Of a stretch of DNA of 64,000 bases, positions 57,124 to 64,000 are shown piece by piece. The translations under genes and the position numbers were made by a program. Origin of the DNA: Eledone cirrhosa. Its lineage: Eukaryota. The stretch spans positions 30,690,001 through 30,754,000 of the forward strand of contig OZ024741.1 in NCBI GenBank assembly GCA_964016885.1, written 5' to 3'. Each line of letters starts with the position of its first letter. Position 1 is the first letter of the stretch. Below the pieces are notes generated by a model, which saw nothing but the letters and a program-made list of their open reading frames with translations, did not search any database and was not told the DNA's origin.

Positions 57124-57481
57124 ATTTATTTACATAGTAATGCTTTTGAAATTCGATATGAGTAAAGTGTTGTTGTTAATATTTTCATCTTTTCTTTCTT
57201 ATTTCTTCATCCCTCCATATTAATCTTCTTCATCATCACATTGTATTTGTTTTATTCAGCAGCTTAATTTTCTTATAACAATTACACTCGGTGTATATTC
57301 GTTTAGATTGTTGTTCTTGTTGCTTTTCTCTTTTCATATATTTGTGTTATTGTAACTATTATCAACATCATTTTTTTTTTACATTTATATTTCTTTTTAT
57401 ATTTATCTTTTTGCCTTAATTACTGATATTGCCGTTAAAACCTCATAATATATTTATGAAAACTTAAACTTGATGAAAAAC

Positions 57482-60400
57482 ATAATAATAATATAGTAAT
57501 AATAATGATAATGATTTCTTTATTAACCACAAGGGTTTACACAAAGTCGACATTAAGGACAGTACAGGACAATACAGGACGGTACAAAAGGGCATTTCTG
57601 CGTGTAAAAAAACAAAAAAACAGAGGATGTAATAATAGAACAATGAAAAAATTCCCCAATAGGGGGCAGACTTCCGAGGGACATTCGTGGAGTAAGCCCT
57701 TTAAAAATCCACAGTGACCCTGACCACCAGGGCAAGTGCCCTCTCTCAGTTTTCCACCTTTAATTTACATACACATACTCAGAGTAGGCTCATTCACTCG
57801 GGCCATTCTTGCCTCTCTCGCCCATCTTTCAACAAAATGCTGGGAAGAGAGCACTTCCCTCTCTACCCTGATTTTCCTTTTCAAATGAAATGTGAAAAAG
57901 TTAATCAGGGCATCACCGAAGAGGTTACTGCTCGTCTTCAGCCCTTTCAAACGTTTCCACCATACTATCTCGTTCGCCATGGCCACCAGACAGATAAAAT
58001 CTGCCTGCCCTTCCCGGCTAAAGGAAGAAGGCGGGGCAATCCTCACGATGGACTCAGCTGATAGCTGGATCCGTCCTACACGCGACAGGAGGTGTTCGAC
58101 ATAAACCCACAAATCAGCAATGCTCGGACACTGGACGAGTGCGTGCAGGACGGTTTCGTCGCCCTGCGCGCATCTCGGACATGTCCGGCTGACGGCACCT
58201 CCATGCCTGTAGAGCTTATCTCGAACTGGCAAAGCTCCTCGGTAGCACTGCCAGGCCAGGGATTTGTGGAAGTTGTCCATAGGCCCCGGCCCAAAAGTTC
58301 TTCCGAAGAGATTGGCTAGTTGATTTTCGTCGACGCCTAGAGTTTCCCCAAGTACATCGTCGCTCTTCCCCTCCACTAATCCTCTATATAACGCCAAGGT
58401 GGAGTTTCCACCGATCACATTGCCCGATTGGTCGAGGGCTGTGAGCGCCTGTAGACATTCCAGTCTCCAAGGGCTCCCTCTCGGTCTTCGCTTGACCCAG
58501 GATTGCAGCTCCGTCAAGGAGACGAGCTGGGGAAAGACGCGTCTAGCAAACGGCGACCACACCTGAGCACCGTCGAGGAAGAGGTGGAGATGACGTAGCC
58601 TGAGCGCGTGTCTGCGCATCATCAGCCACGGCATGCCCAGCCCGCATATGCTGACACGGGACTTCCGCATCCTAGTTCGCGCGGGACCCCCCCTCAACGT
58701 CTCCAGTTTGTGCAGTAATGGCTCGAGAGTCAATACGTACAAGAGGGACGAGAGGGAACATCCGCCAACGATGTCCCCTCTCACCCCTTGGCGGACCGAG
58801 CGCATGATGTTGAACGGTTCCGAAAGGTGACTGTTCACTCTCACCACAGAGCAGCTGTCGCTGTGCATGGCTGCGATCAATCCTCTGAAGATGGGCCCAA
58901 AGCCAGCCGTCCTCAGGATTGCCGCTAGGTAACGATGGTCGACCCTCGATAGCTTTCGACTGATCTAATTTGATCAAGGGCCCACCCGTGCCAGGTTCCG
59001 TAGCTACCCTCTCTACGATGTATCGCATGGGTGGATGTTCTCGTGGATGGATCTATTTAGCAGAGTTATGGGCCTGAAATTATCTATCTTATCCCCCTTG
59101 TTCGGATCCTTTCTCAGCAGCGCCAACGCTCCTCGGCGCACAGAGCTGGGAATTCTCCCGTTCTGTTGCCAGTTGCAGTAGACGTCCGCTAAGAGGCCTC
59201 CGAACAATTCTGGCATATGTACGGAAAGTTCATAGGGCAGACCATCCAAACCAGGTGATTTACCCCTTGTGCAGGCAGTCATTCCCTCCCGTACTTCAGC
59301 GGCTGTTATCGGCTTTTCGCAACACTCCGCCCCAGTGGGCGAGAGCCGCATCAGTCCGTTGAGGTAGACACTAAAGTCCATCCCTCGATCAGGCCCGCGG
59401 CTGCCCCCGACGCGCCTCCGCCACTTGAGTCCATTGAACGGCTTTCGTCCCCTCGTGTCTGAGAGCACGCACCCTAGCTCTGACAACGCAGGCTTTCGTG
59501 CTTTGCATTGAAGAATTGGTCAAGGGCCAATTTCGCCGCAAGTACGTCGGTCGCTATGCTTTAGCTAATCGCCTCGTCTAATTTTCTAACTAGTTCTCCC
59601 TCTGCTCTATTTTTCTCTATTGCTAAAGCCTTAGAAACCCTAATGGACTCTATTCTAATCGCACTTTTCAGAGCAAACCGCCACTTGTTGTTGACGATGG
59701 CCCCCGTCAAAGCCCGCTTAACTAGTTCGCTAATCCGGTCTCTGTAGACATTGCGCGCTGGTAAAGACGCGTTTAGCTTCCAGTAGCTGGGTCCTTGTCT
59801 ATGAAGCCTATCTAAGTCAAGAACACAAATCACGAATTTGTGGTCCGTGTAGCTGACTATCTTGAATTGTGGACAGCCTATGCTAGACATATCTATTTCC
59901 CTAGAAAATACTTTATCTAGATATGATCTGGATGATCCTCTGCTGTTTGTCCAAGTCAACATTGGCACAATCGGTACCTGTCAGACAGTTCAAAACGCCT
60001 GAGTAGGTTGGCGAGGCTCTTGCACCCTCCTCCCCTATCCGCTAATCCCAAACAGTCCCAGCGCACATGTAAGATCCCGTTCCAGTCGCCCACTAACACT
60101 AAAGAGCGGGACGTTCCAAGACAGTTTTCCAGATGCCCGAAGAAATCAGGCCGCCCTGCTCCTGTCGGGGCATAGAAGGTCACTAGCCGGAAATCTTGGC
60201 CGTCTCCGCTGGTCACGTCCAGCACCACCAACTTACCTACTGGGTCCAGGAAGATGGTCCGCATGGCGAGATCCAAACCTCTCCGAAAAAGCACAGCACC
60301 TCCTCCCCTCGATCCAGGACGGCTGGGAGATGCGTACACATCGTAGCCGCCGAAGATCGGTGCGAAGGCCCGTGCTTCGGAGATTCTAGTCTCGCTGATG

Positions 60401-62430
60401 GCCACTACATCTATGTTTAGAGACCTGAGGTCGTTGAGCAGGTGGCCCTGCTTCCATGACGACCCCAAGCCACGCGCATTTATGCTGCCTATTCTGAGTG
60501 AGGTCATGTTGAAATGGAGTGGAAAAGATTAGAAAGACCACTTACCTTATTTCTCGTAGAGGAAGGATGGTTTCTCCATCCTTTTCACTGCATGTGGCCT
60601 CCTCCGCAAGGATGTCCTTATAAATCCTCCTGGAGAATGCTTGTCAGAAGTCTCCGATGTCTTTGGGGAATTTTTGTTTTAGTGTCGTGTACGTTTTCTG
60701 AGTAATGCGAGTGATTTGTACGTGTGGAGGTGGTGTGAACTTTTGGGTTGTTGCGTAGTTTTTTTCTGTGATGCTGGTGTTGTGATGGATGTAGTGTAAT
60801 AATTGGTTTTTGTTCAAATTTAATTGTTCCTACTATTGGCACACGGCCAGCAAATACCCAGTGCATTACTGGTACTTTTTTTATCGACCCTGTAAGGATG
60901 AAAGGCAAAGTTAACCTCGGCGGGATTTGAACTCAGATCGTAAAGGGACGTAACTATGCTGGAAAGCATGGCTGCCGACCCTCTACCGATACTGCCAATT
61001 CAAATTGTTGTTGTTCAAATTTAATTGTTTCTACTTTAGGCACAAGGCCAGCAATTACCCAGTGCATTACTGGTACTTTATTTTATCGACCCCGTAAGGA
61101 TGAAAGGCAAAGTCAACCTCGGCGGGATTTGAACTCAGATCGTAAAGGGACGTAACTATGCTGGAAAGCATGGCATCCGACCCTCTACCGTTACTGACAA
61201 TCCACAATGCTGTGTAGTGTGTATCGTTTTGGTTGTTTTGTTTTGTTTGCGTTTGTTGTGGGTTTGTTTCTGTTTCGCTTTTTGGCGACTTTTGTGGTGT
61301 TGGTGATGGTGGTGTTGGGGTTAATGATGGTGATGGTATTGGTGTTTGTGGTGATGGAGTTGGCTGGTGGCATAGCTGTCCTAACTTTTTTGTTTGATAG
61401 TTTATTTGTTTCCCTCTGTATTATGTTTTTGGAAAGGGAAGGAAAAGGATCTTTTTCTTTTTTGGTTTCTTTTTCTTTTTTCTTTTTTCCTGATACCGTT
61501 TCCCAATCCTCGTCGTCACAATCTGTCTCCAGTTGCGATAGGTCGGGGAGTGGAAAATCCTCCACAGACATTGGTTTTGGTTGTGGCGTGGTGGATGGTG
61601 TAGGCGCTGGTGCTAGTTTTGGCGCGGTAGGTGGTGGTGGTGTTGGTTTTGTTACTGTTGCTGGGGTTGTTGCTGTTAAACTTGCTTCTGTTGTTGCTGC
61701 TACAGTTGTTGCCATTTCTGCTGCAGGTGGTCTTGATGGCAGAGTCACTGGGGTGGGTAAGTGTGGTGGCCTCAACCTTTTAGCCTGAGGGCGGAAAGCC
61801 CTTAGGTGGGTTCCTTCACCACAAACGACACACCTAGGCCTTCTGACCTCGACGATTACGGTGAGGTGGCTGCCGTCAGTGCGGTCTATTACCTCTGGGA
61901 TCTCCTCAATGCTTTTTTGGTCCACTTGGATCAGGAGCTCCATCCCAGATCCGGACCAGTTCTCCTGCTTTTTTTTCGCTATTTCGATTATCTTGGTGTT
62001 GACCTCGATGCCGGCGAGGACGGCAGCCATTAGCCAGGGAATTTCGATGGCCGGTGGAACGTGGGTCACCCTGATCTTCACGAGTCTCTGGCCCTGTACC
62101 CATCTTTCTTTACCATTCTCTTGGCCTCATCTAATTTCTCCTGAATTACCTGGATTGCTTCGCACATTTTTGCTACTCTGGCAAAAGACATGGTTTTCTT
62201 ATTCTCATTGTTGTTGTTGCTGTTGTTGTTATCGTTATTTTTGCTATTGTTATTTTTAGTTTCAGTTGTGGTGGTGGTGGCGTCAGTGGTGTTCGGTGTG
62301 AAAGAGTCCATTTTGGGTGAATCCATTTCGATGTCACGTGATAATTTATTTTTTTCTGTTGTTTCTGTTGTCGCTGTTGTGGTGGTGAGGGTGGCGGCTT
62401 CAACACCTGCAGTCATTCGTAATGGCGGGA
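57482..62430 (-). mobile_element. Tx1/L1-clade LINE (ORF1 with Zn-knuckle; ORF2 APE-RT-zf-RVT), disrupted
   Basis: ORF1 62416-61191 has RCVVCGEGTHL. APE 59956..60507 has SINARGL, ISETR and LVGDWN. RT has GKSPGLDGLPYE, FRPITLLN, LDQSKA and VRQG. C-terminus has CPRCAQGDETVLHALVQC. AATAAA and (ATT)n tail at about 57482-57523. An internal deletion near 58642 joins VSAYA to GLGMP, removing the catalytic DD. Confidence 0.9.
60817..61206 (-). mobile_element. Two tandem SINE family B copies inside the Tx1 ORF1 region
   Basis: Copies at about 60817-61000 and 61020-61206, each preceded by gttcaaatttaattgtt. Confidence 0.88.
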
Positions 62431-62772
62431 AATGAATGCCTGCATGAGACGAATTTAAATTATTGCTACTGCTTATATTTTTATTGTTGGCAAAATAGTA
62501 ATATTTACAATGGTGGTGTCGGTGTGAGGTGTTAGTTTGTGAGGAAGGTGTGACTGTGAGTCGTTCATGATTTTTTTCAAAGAAATTTTTGTTTGATAAT
62601 TATAAAAGTTTAAATTTTGGGCTCAAGGCCCCAATCTTTTTGAGTGTCCTTTTCAGAAACAATGTATGTGCATTTATATACAGTTAACAATAAAAATCTT
62701 CCATAAATGGCAATTTTAAACAACTGAAAACAACAAACCTTTGCGGAGCTCACGATAATACGATTTCCTATG

Positions 62773-62774
<2 letters not shown>

Positions 62775-62810
<36 letters not shown>

Positions 62811-62932
62811 TAATAATGTTTTCTTTATTAACCACAAGGGTTTACACAAAGTAGACATTGTACTTGTGTAAACCCTTAAAGTACATTAAGGACAGTACAT
62901 GACAATAAGGACGGTAAAAATTGGCATTTCTG
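62775..62932 (-). mobile_element. Short 3'-end copy of the Tx1-like LINE with (ATT)n tail
   Basis: ttctttattaaccacaagggtttacacaaag...cattaaggacagtaca...ggcatttctgc matches 57515-57601. Confidence 0.75.
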
Positions 62933-64000
62933 CACAAACGAGAGCAGATCAGTCAGTATAGACAGAACCGCATGTTTGACAACAACCAGAAGATATTGTT
63001 TGGACAGCTTGAAGGGAAAGAAAGAGGCAACGACTTGATCCCTGAGGCGGAACAAACTAAGACATTCTGGGGAGGAATATGCGAGCAGGATGTTGAACAT
63101 AATCATCAGCCAGTGTGGATTGAGACAATACAAAGGGAGATTAGTGAACAGGCACACCAACAAATTGATTTGAGTATCACAGTTGAAACTTTTAAGGGGC
63201 AGGCCAGAAAACTAACCAACTGGAAATCACCAGGCCCAGATGGTGTGCAGGGGTATTGGATTAAGAATATAACATCCCGCCACCCGAAACTGACAACCAT
63301 GTTCAATGACGGCTTGAAGTCAGGTGAGGTACCAGAGTGGTTGACAAAAGGTACCACAGTCCTGGTAATGAAAGACCGAACCAAGGGTAATGATGTTACC
63401 AACTATAGACTTATCACATGTCTGTCCGTAATGTGGAAACTCTTAACAAGCATTGTGTCTGAGGAAATTAACCATCACCTCCACATAAACAACTTGTTAC
63501 CGGACGAACAGAAAGGATGCCGAAAGAAGTCCCGTGGTACAAAGGACCAGTTACTTATTGATTAGATGGTAATGAGGAATTGCAGTAGGAGACACACTGG
63601 TCTTGCTATGGGATGGATAGACTACAAAAAGGCATTCGACATGGTACCTCATTCTTGGATAACCAAAAGCCTAGAGATCTTCAGGGTGGCAGATAACATC
63701 AACAGTTGTTGGGAAAAAGTATGAAGTCCTCGGAAACCGAGTTAACATTAGCTGGAGAATCCTTGGGAGGCGTGAGGATCAAGAGAGGTATCTTCCAGGG
63801 AGATAGTTGTTCCCTTCGTTGTTTGTCCTTGCCCTGATCCCCCTGACCATTATACTGCGAAAAGTGAGAGCAGGTTATAAGTTGGGAAAGGGAGAGCTTA
63901 CCATCAATCACCTCCTCTTCATGGACGATCTTAAGCTCTTCGGGAAGAGTAAGAAGGAGTTGGATGCGCTTGTTTACACTGTCCGTATTTTCAGCAATGA
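62930..64000 (+). mobile_element. R4/Dong-like non-LTR retrotransposon RT, 5'-truncated, continuing beyond the window
   Basis: NWKSPGPDGVQGYWIK, PEWLTKGTTVL, NYRLITCL, EQKGCRKKSRGTKDQLLID, WIDYKKAFDMVPHSWI, RGIFQGDS and HLLFMDDLKLF. Confidence 0.88.

Noticed and set aside
61207-61788. 193-aa hydrophobic plus-strand ORF
   Set aside because: Antisense shadow of the low-complexity Tx1 ORF1.

Overview
AT-rich, gene-free eukaryotic DNA made almost entirely of repeats. The mix of dense (TA)n/(CA)n microsatellites, tRNA-derived SINEs and Penelope-like elements suggests an invertebrate, probably octopus (inference, not verified). No host exon could be supported, and most ORF-track entries are microsatellite or antisense artefacts. 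Mobile elements recognised: two near-complete and several partial Penelope-like elements (PLEs; Naiad-like and Neptune-like), a Tx1/L1-clade LINE, an R4/Dong-like LINE running off the end, RTE relics, Tc1 and mariner relics/MITEs, a piggyBac-like MITE, a Helitron 3' end, and two SINE families. The main unannotated signal is a hidden ribozyme layer. About 18 type-I hammerhead ribozyme (HHR) motifs from about 9 unrelated sequence families were folded by eye, nearly all with a palindromic stem III. They lie in PLE terminal repeats and in small non-coding elements built as an inverted segment plus head-to-tail tandem units, inserted in (TA)n. Four tandem elements have units of 529, 549, about 291 and about 556 bp; clear HHRs were found only in the 529 and 549 bp units. 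The 529-bp array carries one HHR per unit and is a candidate non-LTR retrozyme/circRNA source. In one PLE the 5' end coincides with the predicted ribozyme cleavage site. All folds and coordinates were derived manually; element boundaries are approximate.
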